Shown: positions 29,974-39,220 of the stretch, in pieces | Position numbering within the stretch: position 1 is the stretch's first letter | How the letters are laid out: every line of letters begins with the position of its first letter | Made by a program: the position numbers and the translations under genes | Source: Bacillota bacterium | GTDB lineage: Bacteria > Bacillota_I > Bacilli_A > RF39 > UBA660 | Reading direction: 5' to 3' | Length of the DNA stretch: 64,000 nt | Assembly: GCA_003524085.1 (NCBI GenBank) | Contig: DOEC01000035.1 | Coordinates: 7,796 to 71,795, forward strand | Notes under the pieces: model-generated | Seen by the model: the letters and a program-made list of their open reading frames with translations, nothing else | Databases searched by the model: none | What the model was told of the DNA's origin: nothing

Positions 29974-30169
29974 ATTCTACCTTCTTTCTATATTTATTAT
30001 AAACTAAATACGAAAAAAATACAAATGATAATTTTGTGAAAACCGTTGATTAAGTTTATTTAATATGTTACTATTAAATCGTGTTAGATTTCTTGCTGGT
30101 AATTTAACACAATATACAATTTAGTCGATAATTTATATTTTCAGGCAAGAGAAAATATATCTATTCGGG

Positions 30170-30198
30170 GGATACTTCTTAGGGAGTATCCTCTTTTT
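30170..30198 (+). terminator. orphan intrinsic terminator GGATACT-loop-AGTATCC + TCTTTTTCG with no upstream plus-strand gene
   Basis: read directly from the sequence. Confidence 0.45.
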
Positions 30199-30215
30199 CG
30201 AAAGGAGGTGAAAAA

Positions 30216-30263
30216 ATGAATTATGGATATCATAACAAGATTTTAGTTTATAATAATTTTTAA
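30216..30263 (+). CDS. 15-codon ORF MNYGYHNKILVYNNF with consensus SD, immediately after orphan terminator
   Basis: GAAAGGAGGTGA 6 nt before ATG. Confidence 0.25.
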   Translation: MNYGYHNKILVYNNF

Positions 30264-30644
30264 AAGATGTATGACTTTTAAAGTTAATTAAAAAATAGAT
30301 ATCTAGTTACAATCAGATGGAATTCTCTTAGAAAATATATTATTAATTTTAATCAGGACCAAAGTCTAAGGTTAGGATTTAAACAAATAAAAAACATCAA
30401 ATATATGGTGTAAACTTCATATGGAGTGAATTACGTAGATATCAATAACTCTTTACTTATTATCGATTAATATACAAATATCACCAATAGCAATATTTAC
30501 TAAAACTTTAACAGAAATTATAAAAAATAGTTCAAAAAACTAATAAAATAGCTATAATTTCTTTATATTTCAATGAAAGTATGATAAAATTAAAATAGTT
30601 GAGTATTTTAAATGATACTTTTTTCTTTTAGAAAGAAGGTATAT

Positions 30645-32066
30645 ATGAAGAAAAAGAGATTTAGTGAATATAATAACTATAAATATGACTTATCTAAAGA
30701 TACATGGTTTAATCCTGTTGTAGAATGGGATTCAAAACTATTTATCGATCCCTTACTGTTAAAAAGAACCAATATTAAAGAGTTAAAAAATTGCTATCAA
30801 GAATTAATTGAATTCTTTAAAAATGCTTGTGTTACATTAAAAACAAAATCAATACCAAAAACATTAGTAGAAAATATGTTGAATTTTAGAGAAGTAGAAG
30901 AAGCGCAATTAGGATACTCCTATGATAGCAATAAAGGTAGCGGATTTTCTGGGCTAACTGCTTTAAAATTTTTTGAAAACTTTTCTAAATATATAGATTC
31001 AAAAATATTTGATTATGATGAATTGGAAGAGATTACTTTATTTGAAGAAAATGTTGATCTTGATAGAATAACTGATATGATACTATCTATAACTAAACGC
31101 TATTTTATTACTTATAGTTGTAGTATCGCTGAAAAAGAGGGATTTCCTTTAGATAAATTTAATATATTAACTCATTTTAATTTTGATGAAATGAGTTGGA
31201 TAACTGAGATAGTTGAAATGCCTTATATAATTAACAGTGAGAACAAAAAAATTCCTGTATTATTAGTTCCACATTCTATCTTAGTTGGAAAATTACATTA
31301 TAATTCTGAAAACTTTATTACTTGGTTGTGGAATAACGAAACAGACTACGTAAAAGCTACATTTGAATATAATATAAAAAAAGAATTAGAATCCAACAAA
31401 AAGGAAATTATAGAAAAAATTATAGAAAATAATGATACCGACCTTTTTAAAAGATTTGGTAATGAACCAGCTGAGCCATATGATTTACAAAAAGATAAAG
31501 ATATAATTAATAAAGTTTATGATTTTGTTAAAAATATAAAAATAACAAATAAAAATAGTGAAATTCCTGTGCTAGAAATGGCTGATGATTTAATAAGGGA
31601 TATAGAACATGCTGTACAAGATGAAAGGGGATGGACTTTACTATTAAATGATGCAAGTATTAAGTTTAGAGCAGAACCAATTATTTCAAAGTTTTCACAT
31701 TTAATTATGGAAAGACAATCTGAAAGTTTAGGATTCAATCTAGATATTTCTCCTGAGACGAACAAAGGTAGAGGCCCTGTTGATTTTAAATTATCAAGAG
31801 GTAGAGAAAAAGTTTTAATTGAAATTAAAACTTCTACACATCCAGACTTAATGACATGTATAGAAGATCATAAACAATTACATCAATATATGAAACAAGA
31901 AAGTTGCAAAGATGCTATTTTATTAGTTTTTTATAATAAGGAAAGTGATTTAGAAAAAATAAGTGAATTACATACTAAAGTAGCAGAGTCTAATATAAGA
32001 AATAATCACAATATGATGATAAGGACAATAAATTGTATACCAGGACTATCTGCTTCAAATTTATAA
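30645..32066 (+). CDS. large hypothetical protein with C-terminal PD-(D/E)xK nuclease-fold domain
   Basis: C-terminal GRGPVDFKLSRGREKVLIEIKTS fits the D...(E/D)xK motif; RBS AGAAGG before ATG 30645. Confidence 0.6.
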   Translation: MKKKRFSEYNNYKYDLSKDTWFNPVVEWDSKLFIDPLLLKRTNIKELKNCYQELIEFFKNACVTLKTKSIPKTLVENMLNFREVEEAQLGYSYDSNKGSGFSGLTALKFFENFSKYIDSKIFDYDELEEITLFEENVDLDRITDMILSITKRYFITYSCSIAEKEGFPLDKFNILTHFNFDEMSWITEIVEMPYIINSENKKIPVLLVPHSILVGKLHYNSENFITWLWNNETDYVKATFEYNIKKELESNKKEIIEKIIENNDTDLFKRFGNEPAEPYDLQKDKDIINKVYDFVKNIKITNKNSEIPVLEMADDLIRDIEHAVQDERGWTLLLNDASIKFRAEPIISKFSHLIMERQSESLGFNLDISPETNKGRGPVDFKLSRGREKVLIEIKTSTHPDLMTCIEDHKQLHQYMKQESCKDAILLVFYNKESDLEKISELHTKVAESNIRNNHNMMIRTINCIPGLSASNL

Positions 32067-32339
32067 CAATTAAACCTTTTGAAAAAATATAGATTAAATT
32101 TATCAATGTATTTTGTTTAATAATATTAATACATCATTTTTCTAGGATAATTTCTTCGTAAGACAAAAAAATCAAACTCTCGATTGATATCACATATTAA
32201 GTTCAACTAAATAGTTTGAACGGATTCGCCAATGAAACGATAATAAAGATTATCTGAAACTCCTAAAGTAAAACTAGCAAACAACCAATTTCTAATAATA
32301 TTCTAACATTAAAACTATTGTTATGTCTCGAAAAAATTC

Positions 32340-33420
32340 CAGTTTCTTAATAAAAGTATATTGATTAGGAAGTGTTTGTATGTTAAAAATGAAAATTAAA
32401 TTATTTTTATTGGAATATAAGAGAATATTTTATGTAATTCTATTTATATCACCATTGCTAGTTTAGATAAAAATACCAAAATATCAATCCAGATGATCCA
32501 ACAAAAATTGGAGTGCTGGGGGACCTTATTGGGAACGGTTGTTGGTGGAGTTTTCTCTTTAATTGGATCTATATATGTAAAATAATAAACAAATAGTTAG
32601 TGAATCAGAAATAAAGAAAAAATATAATATATAAACCTTTATATGATAAATTATTAGATACGAAAAAAATAATTGAAGAAGAAAATCGTTATCCTACATA
32701 TATTAGTTATAAGAAAGATCAGCAAACAATAAGAAGACATCCACAAATTATTGCATGAGGCAGGGTATGTAATGATAGTAGAATTTTAGATTCTCCTAAA
32801 ATTTTAAAGACACAAAATCAAAAGTATATTAAATCTATTGAAGACTATTTTTTGATAAGAAATAGTGCAAATGATATTATTCAAAATATAATTAATAAAA
32901 CTTTACGAAGCGAACTAGGTAAAGAAAATACAATTGCAAATTTAGAAGTTGTCTATCTGATGAAATATTAGAAGATACACTTAATGGAAGTAGATTGAAG
33001 GAATATTGTGATACGAAAGCCAAGATGAAACTCTAAATGAAAAATATAATATTGCTGCGAGTATAGTATTAGATAAATGCAAAAACATTGAAAAAATAGA
33101 AAACATTAGAAATGCGTATTATAATTGGGCAAAAATGCAAAATGAGACAATAGAATTATTAATTTTAGAAGTCAATTTAAAATATGAGAAACAAAGAAGG
33201 GAAGAAAATTAATACTTATGGAATGGATAAAAATGAAGTAATAAGAGAATTGAAATTGGAAATAGAGAAAGACCCTGATTTAAAATATTACTTAAATAAT
33301 GAATATGTTGAAAAAATGTTTGAACTGTTGATAGAAGTCATTGAAAATGTTATTGAAAAAAATAATAAGAAAGTAGAAGAAGATAAAAAAGGATTATTTT
33401 GCAAGAGGATTTAAATATTA
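32340..33420 (+). pseudogene. region of degenerate gene fragments (multiple short ORFs in alternating frames)
   Basis: examples: MLKMKIKLFLLEYKRIFYVILFISPLLV*, MIQQKLECWGTLLGTVVGGVFSLIGSIYVK*, and a longer stretch broken by stops; ORF 33184-33414 may be an intact 76-aa remnant. Confidence 0.3.
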
Positions 33421-33784
33421 AAAAGTAGCATACTGATCACACTAAGCCGTAATCATAGGTTTTTTTACATAAAACCTCGTGTAACTCAAGTAACACTTAT
33501 TTAAGTTTTCAGTAATAGACTAAATCTATTTCTTCTAATTTAACACGCTTTTACTCACTTGTTTTAAAGACTTTTTAAGCCCATTTGAAGCACTTTTCTT
33601 GTATTCTTTATAAAATATGATTTGCACTGATTTAAATCAACATCCTTATTCATTTTTTTTACAGAAATAGTATTAATTATATTGTTTACTTCTTAATCTT
33701 AAATTAATATATTTATTATTCATATTATAAATGCAAGAATTTAGATAAATATATTTCAGTGTACTTTCCAGAGTATAAAATATA

Positions 33785-33815
33785 AAAAAGCCCTTGTTAC
33801 AAGGACTTATTAACA
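33785..33815 (-). terminator. hairpin + U-run downstream of tRNA-Gly
   Basis: minus strand GTCCTTGTAACAAGGGC followed by TTTTTTATATTTT. Confidence 0.4.
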
Positions 33816-33820
33816 TTATT

Positions 33821-33895
33821 TGGAGCAAGCGATGGGAATCGAACCCACGTCTCAGCCTTGGCAAGGCCGCGTACTAGCCGTTGTACTACGCCTGC
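33821..33895 (-). tRNA. tRNA-Gly (anticodon GCC), CCA encoded
   Basis: minus-strand GCAGGCG-TA-GTAC..GTAC-G-CGGCC-TTGCCAA-GGCTG-AGAC-GTGGG-TTCGATT-CCCAT-CGCTTGC-T-CCA folds as cloverleaf; anticodon loop TTGCCAA. Confidence 0.9.
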
Positions 33896-34031
33896 ACTTG
33901 TTTTTTCAAAATGCATAAATATCATATCATAAATTATTAGAAAAAACAAGTGTAAAATTTGTGTAAAAATCTAATATTTTGTTTGACTATTTTACTTTTT
34001 TATTATACACTTTCTATAGAGGGTAGGAAAT

Positions 34032-34802
34032 ATGAAAGATAAAATAAGTAATGAAGAATTTGCAAGCATAGAAAGCATATTTAAAAATAGAGACATGGCA
34101 CCTTATGAAGATGCAATAATAAATGCTTGTAATGCTTCAGTTGACAGAAAAAGAAGAGAAAGAAATGTAAAAAGCGAAAAAAGACGTAAAGAAGAAATGA
34201 AATCAAAAATAGTTTCTGCTGTTCTTGCAGCTTTAGTACTTGTTGGTGGAGTAACTATCACAAAAGGTGTAGTAGACAAAGCTAATGAAATTGCAAATGA
34301 AATAACTGAAAACAAAGAAAACTATGACAAACAAAAAGTCATGGACGAAATTAGTAAGAAGATTGGCTCTTTAGTCTTTGTAAAAGATGAAGATTTTAAC
34401 GAAAAATATGACACACCAGAAGTTAGCATATTAAGCCAGTGCACCAAAAGAACACAAGATAACACAGGCTACATGTATTTGCACCAAAAAATAGCAGACA
34501 AAATTAATGAGTTACCACCTGAATTACAAGAATACGCTATATGCGCAACTCTAGAAGGCATGGGAAGTAATAGAAGTGTTTTATTTGATGGAGTTACTAC
34601 AAACGCAGACTATCTAATTAAGTGTCTTGGATTAAACGACGCTAAAGATTTAGAAGAATATTTAAGCCATGTTAACAAAGATGGAAGTTCTGATTTTTCT
34701 GAATTTCTAAATAGCCAATATGAACAAAATGACTTTATAATGGCTGTAGTAAATGCAGAATTAAACGAAATAGGTAGAGGTGTTTCTAGTGGAAGAAATT
34801 AA
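34032..34802 (+). CDS. membrane-anchored hypothetical protein
   Basis: charged N-terminal region then TM IVSAVLAALVLVGGVTI. Confidence 0.55.
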   Translation: MKDKISNEEFASIESIFKNRDMAPYEDAIINACNASVDRKRRERNVKSEKRRKEEMKSKIVSAVLAALVLVGGVTITKGVVDKANEIANEITENKENYDKQKVMDEISKKIGSLVFVKDEDFNEKYDTPEVSILSQCTKRTQDNTGYMYLHQKIADKINELPPELQEYAICATLEGMGSNRSVLFDGVTTNADYLIKCLGLNDAKDLEEYLSHVNKDGSSDFSEFLNSQYEQNDFIMAVVNAELNEIGRGVSSGRN

Positions 34803-35037
34803 TGTAAATGTAACAGATATTGATGGTAAAGAATATATAGAACTAGATACAGTAGAAGTTAAGGGTAGTAAATATGTTTATCTAGTTAGTACAAATGACG
34901 ACAAAGACTTTCTAATCAATAAAATAGTTCTTGATAATGGAAAAGAATATTATGAAAGCTTAGAAAGTAACGAAGAATTTCAAATAGTACTTTTAAACTT
35001 TATCAAAAAGAACAAAAGTGTTATAAATGAGTTATAG
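34780..35037 (+). CDS. DUF1292-family small acidic protein
   Basis: EEINVNVTDIDGKEYIELDTVEVKGSKYVYLVSTNDDKDFLI pattern typical of DUF1292; true start may be an internal GTG near 34789. Confidence 0.6.
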   Translation: MFLVEEINVNVTDIDGKEYIELDTVEVKGSKYVYLVSTNDDKDFLINKIVLDNGKEYYESLESNEEFQIVLLNFIKKNKSVINEL

Positions 35038-35124
35038 TAAAGTAGCCTTTTTATAGGTTGCTTTTTTCTTTATCTTTGTATATAATATTTACAGAAGATA
35101 TGAAACGAAAGGAGTATTTTATTC

Positions 35125-35270
35125 ATATTTAGCGCCAGAACCATAAGTGGTTGACGAGGTTAACAGTTATCGATTTTTCGGCGGATGCTGTTACGGATAA
35201 GTAGTTCGTTAGAAGTATTACAAAAAGTAAAATCAATATTACAACAAAATATACTTCATGCTAAATTTTT
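35125..35270 (+). ncRNA. glmS ribozyme (GlcN6P-sensing self-cleaving riboswitch)
   Basis: core AGCGCCAGAAC...GGTTGACGAGG...CGGCGGATG immediately upstream of glmS. Confidence 0.75.
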
Positions 35271-35288
35271 TAGTATGGAGGGATTTTT

Positions 35289-37034
35289 ATGTGTGGTATC
35301 ATTGGATACGTAGGAGAAAAGAGATGTAGTATAGATGTAATTATAGATGGGCTTAAGCACCTAGAATACAGGGGTTATGACAGTGCAGGTATAGCTTATG
35401 TTAAAGATAATAATGTTGTAATAGAAAGGGAAGTAGGTAGAATTAGTAATCTAGAGAGTGTTCTTAAAAAAGACACTTCTCATATAGGAATCGGGCATAC
35501 TAGATGGGCAACTCATGGTAAACCAACAAAAGAAAATGCTCATCCTCATAAGGTAGGCAATATTACTTTAGTACATAATGGAATTATTGATAATTTTATG
35601 GAGTTAAAAAGCACTCTAATGAGTGAAGGCTACACTTTCAAAAGTGACACAGATACTGAAGTAGCTGCTGCTTACATTGATTCTTTATATAAAGAAAATA
35701 ACGATATGATTAAGAGTTTAAGTATATGTGTTAATAAGTTTTTAGGTAGTTATGCTTTTGGCATTATTAATGAGTTAGAAACAGATGTATTATATGCTTT
35801 AAGAAAAGATAGTCCATTAATTATTGGTGTAGGAGAAAATGAAAACTTTATTGCAAGTGATGTGCCATCTATTTTAAAGTATACTAATAAGTATATTGAT
35901 ATAGAGAATGACGAAATAGTTAAAATAACAAAAGATAAAGTTACTGTATATGATAAGAATTGCAATATCATTAATAAAGAAATAAGCGTGTTTGAAGGGG
36001 ATGCTAATTTAGTAGAGAAGAATGGTTATGAGACATACATGCTTAAAGAAATACATGAAGAAGCAGAAGTTATAAAGAAGACTAGTGAAGCAAGTATTGA
36101 CTTTGATATAACAAAGTATGATGAAATAGATATAGTCGCTTGTGGAAGTGCTTATCACGCTGGACTAGTTGGTAAATACATGATAGAAAAACTATGTAAC
36201 ATAAAAGTGAATGTATGTATTGCAAGTGAATACCAATACGATAAACATTTTTATAAAGGTAAAACTTTAGTTATAGCAATAAGTCAAAGTGGGGAAACTG
36301 CAGACACAAAAAAATGTGTTAATATTGCAAATGATATGGGTGTTGATACTTTAGGAATTGTTAACGTTAAAGGAAGCAGTATTGCTAGAATATGTAAACA
36401 TGTTATATATACTTTAGCAGGTCCTGAAATAGCAGTGGCAACAACAAAAGCTTATCTAGCACAAATCACAACACTTATACTACTTGCAGTTAAAAATAGT
36501 AAAGAAAAAATAAATACTGAAGACTTGCAAAAACTACCTTATTATATAGAAACTCTAATTAACAAAGATTATACTTCTCTTGCAAATATGCTTTATACAA
36601 AAGACGACATCTACTTTATTGGTAGAGGAATAGATTATGCTCTTTGTATGGAAGGAAGTTTAAAACTAAAAGAAATTAGTTACATTCATAGTGAAGCTTA
36701 TGCAGCAGGAGAGTTAAAACACGGGACAATTTCATTAATTAGTGAAGGAACACCTGTTATAGTATTTGCAACAAGTGATGAGTTATACTTAAAAACAATA
36801 AGTAATGCTAAAGAAGTTAAAGCAAGAGGTGCTTATGTAATACTAGTAACTGATAAAGAAGTTATTAATGAAGGAGTTTATGACGAGTTAATTAGTATTC
36901 CTAAAGTAACTGAAGAATTAAGACCAATCTTAACAATTATACCTTTACAATTAATAAGTTATGAAGTTGCTAAGTTAAGAGATAATGATATTGATAAACC
37001 TAAGAATTTGGCTAAGAGTGTAACAGTGGAGTAA
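35289..37034 (+). CDS. glmS: glutamine--fructose-6-phosphate aminotransferase
   Basis: N-terminal MCGIIGYVG (Ntn Cys1), two SIS domains. Confidence 0.95.
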   Translation: MCGIIGYVGEKRCSIDVIIDGLKHLEYRGYDSAGIAYVKDNNVVIEREVGRISNLESVLKKDTSHIGIGHTRWATHGKPTKENAHPHKVGNITLVHNGIIDNFMELKSTLMSEGYTFKSDTDTEVAAAYIDSLYKENNDMIKSLSICVNKFLGSYAFGIINELETDVLYALRKDSPLIIGVGENENFIASDVPSILKYTNKYIDIENDEIVKITKDKVTVYDKNCNIINKEISVFEGDANLVEKNGYETYMLKEIHEEAEVIKKTSEASIDFDITKYDEIDIVACGSAYHAGLVGKYMIEKLCNIKVNVCIASEYQYDKHFYKGKTLVIAISQSGETADTKKCVNIANDMGVDTLGIVNVKGSSIARICKHVIYTLAGPEIAVATTKAYLAQITTLILLAVKNSKEKINTEDLQKLPYYIETLINKDYTSLANMLYTKDDIYFIGRGIDYALCMEGSLKLKEISYIHSEAYAAGELKHGTISLISEGTPVIVFATSDELYLKTISNAKEVKARGAYVILVTDKEVINEGVYDELISIPKVTEELRPILTIIPLQLISYEVAKLRDNDIDKPKNLAKSVTVE

Positions 37035-37037
37035 GCA

Positions 37038-37766
37038 ATGCTTAAACTCCTATTTAGTAAAGAATATATATTTTTATGGCTAATAGTTATCTTAATACCA
37101 ATTATCCAAAAGAAAGTAATAGGTTTCTTTGGTGAATTTTGGGTTAAACTAGAACTTAAAAAATTAAAGAAAGACTACAAAGTTTTAAATAACGTAATTA
37201 TAAGAACTATAGACAATTCCACTCATCAAATAGATCATATAGTAGTTTCTAAATATAGCATATTTGTAATAGAAACTAAGCAGATAAATGGGTATATTAA
37301 AGGTAACGATTACGACAAAAACTGGACTGTCAAAAGAGGAAAAAACACTTACTATATCAATAACCCAGTTCATCAAAACTATGGACATATAAAAGCTTTG
37401 TCTGAAGTCTTAGGAATAAACACAGATAAATTCATTTCAATTGTATGCATTTCTAGTCAAGCTAAAGTTAGAGTTAACTCAAAGTTTGTAGTTAGAATTT
37501 ATATGCTCGTTAAATATATTAAAAGTTATACAAACGAATTACTTTCAAATTATATAGAAGTGTATAACACTTTAGTTAGTAGAAATATTAAAGGCTACAC
37601 TAATTCTAGAATGCATGTTAAAAGCGTAAAAGAAATAAAGAAAGTAACAGCTAATGACCTAATTAAAAAATGCCCACTTTGCGGCGGAGAACTTGTTAAC
37701 AGACAAAGCAAGTATGGTAGTTTCATAGGCTGTTCTAATTACCCTAGATGCAAGTTCAAAAAGTAA
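37038..37766 (+). CDS. NERD-domain protein with C-terminal topoisomerase-type zinc ribbon
   Basis: NERD core HQIDHIVVSKYSIFVIETKQINGYIKG; CPLCGGELVNRQSKYGSFIGCSNYPRCKF. Confidence 0.75.
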   Translation: MLKLLFSKEYIFLWLIVILIPIIQKKVIGFFGEFWVKLELKKLKKDYKVLNNVIIRTIDNSTHQIDHIVVSKYSIFVIETKQINGYIKGNDYDKNWTVKRGKNTYYINNPVHQNYGHIKALSEVLGINTDKFISIVCISSQAKVRVNSKFVVRIYMLVKYIKSYTNELLSNYIEVYNTLVSRNIKGYTNSRMHVKSVKEIKKVTANDLIKKCPLCGGELVNRQSKYGSFIGCSNYPRCKFKK

Positions 37767-37770
37767 CCAG

Positions 37771-37796
37771 AAGTCTCTTTTCTTAGAGACTTTTTT
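37771..37796 (+). terminator. rho-independent terminator AAGTCTCT-loop-AGAGACTT + TTTT
   Basis: read directly from the sequence. Confidence 0.6.
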
Positions 37797-37863
37797 GAAT
37801 TAACTATAGGATTTTTAAGAAAAGTATAGTATAATATTAGACAAGAGAAGGTGGTTTATATTT

Positions 37864-38130
37864 ATGACTGCTATTATTTTTATAGGTTTCTTAATATTCT
37901 GTTATATTTTTAGAGACTCATATAAAAACAAGCAAGAACCAAAAGAAGAAAAGCCTAAAAAGAAAAACATATCTCCTTATTCTGAAGAAGAAATGGACAA
38001 GTACAACCTAGAAGAATGGCAAAAAGATTTAGTAAGAGAAGGAAGATTTGCACCTTGGAGTTTTAAAAAAAAATCAACTTATAGTGGAAAGTTAAGTGAC
38101 GGACAATATTATAAAGATGACGATGTTTAA
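37864..38130 (+). CDS. small protein with N-terminal TM and charged C-terminal tail
   Basis: RBS AAGGTGG; MTAIIFIGFLIFCYIF. Confidence 0.5.
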   Translation: MTAIIFIGFLIFCYIFRDSYKNKQEPKEEKPKKKNISPYSEEEMDKYNLEEWQKDLVREGRFAPWSFKKKSTYSGKLSDGQYYKDDDV

Positions 38131-38160
38131 TAGATAATTATATATGTGAGGTAAGTTAAA

Positions 38161-39054
38161 ATGATTATTAAAGATAATAGAAAATTAAGACAAAAAGATT
38201 TTAAAAATGAAAAAGAATTACAAACATACTTTGAAGAAAATCTAAATAAAATTTTAGGATACAAATTTGTAAAAACTGAATTTATAGTTGGAAATTATAG
38301 AATAGATTCTTTGGCATTTGATGAAGAAACTAAGGCATTCAGAATTATTGAGTATAAAAATGTTAAAAATCATAGTTTAGTAGATCAGGGCTATACTTAT
38401 TTAAAATTATTGTTAGAAAGAAAAGCCGATTTTGTGCTTAAATTTAATGAAGTATATAATTTAAATTATAAATTATCTGATATTGACTGGAGTCAGTCTA
38501 GAATAATATTCGTTTCGCCAACTTATACTGACTACCAGTTGAATGCTACTGATTTTAAAAATATACCTGTTGACTTAGTTAAAGTCACTAGATATGAAGA
38601 AAATATAGTTGACATAGAATTTATAAAAAAGACAAGTAATGTTAAGATAGATGAAATTAATGATAAACCCGCTCAAAAAGATGTTAATAAAGAAATTAAA
38701 GTATATACTGAAGAAGATCATTTATGTAACTTATCTGAAGAAATTAAAGCGATTTATGAAAATTTGAAAAATAAAATATTAGAACTTGATGACATTGATG
38801 TAGATGTGAAAAAATATTATATTGCATTCAAGGGAAGAAGAAATATAGTTGATATAGAATTCACTCAAAGCAAAATTAGAGTAGATATTAATATGAAAAA
38901 AGGGACTTTGAACGATCCTTTAAATATAACCAAAGATATTTCTAGTATTGGACATTGGGGTAATGGAGACTATAGAGTGGAGATAACAAAAGAAGAGGAA
39001 ATAGATAATGTTATTCCATTAATTAGACAGTCGCTAAAAGTAAATAAAAAATAA
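38161..39054 (+). CDS. NucS/DUF91-like PD-(D/E)xK nuclease-fold protein with C-terminal extension
   Basis: GNYRIDSLAFDEETKAFRIIEYK (D..E.K) preceded by the ELQTYFEENLNKILG pattern typical of RecB-like NucS C-terminal domain. Confidence 0.6.
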   Translation: MIIKDNRKLRQKDFKNEKELQTYFEENLNKILGYKFVKTEFIVGNYRIDSLAFDEETKAFRIIEYKNVKNHSLVDQGYTYLKLLLERKADFVLKFNEVYNLNYKLSDIDWSQSRIIFVSPTYTDYQLNATDFKNIPVDLVKVTRYEENIVDIEFIKKTSNVKIDEINDKPAQKDVNKEIKVYTEEDHLCNLSEEIKAIYENLKNKILELDDIDVDVKKYYIAFKGRRNIVDIEFTQSKIRVDINMKKGTLNDPLNITKDISSIGHWGNGDYRVEITKEEEIDNVIPLIRQSLKVNKK

Positions 39055-39070
39055 GGAAGGAATGATTAAA

Positions 39071-39220
39071 ATGAATAAGAAAAACGTACTAAATAAAATA
39101 CATGGGGGGGGGGTATTTAAATATATAAATATATCTAGTTTTTGTGTACCCTTTTTTGGAGTTAATAGGCAAAGCTGTGAAAATCTTTGTCTTTTTTGTG
39201 AGTTAAATGGAGAGATATAA
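39071..39220 (+). CDS. 49-codon upstream ORF whose TAA stop abuts the hsdM ATG (TAAATG); contains G10 tract and CxxxCxxC
   Basis: RBS AAGGAAGG; reading through GGGGGGGGGG as GGG run; ends ..SCENLCLFCELNGEI*. Confidence 0.3.
   Translation: MNKKNVLNKIHGGGVFKYINISSFCVPFFGVNRQSCENLCLFCELNGEI
39104..39113 (+). repeat. G10 homopolymeric tract (candidate slipped-strand phase-variation site)
   Basis: only long G/C homopolymer in the window, in a ~28% GC background. Confidence 0.6.

Noticed and set aside
33421-33660. Calling the 29-codon minus-strand fragment next to tRNA-Gly an integrase
   Set aside because: Too short and no diagnostic tyrosine-recombinase motifs visible; left as unassigned remnant
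33673-33864. ORF 33673-33864 (-) MPRLRRGFDSHRLL..
   Set aside because: It is simply the tRNA-Gly gene and its flank read in a protein frame (TTG start)
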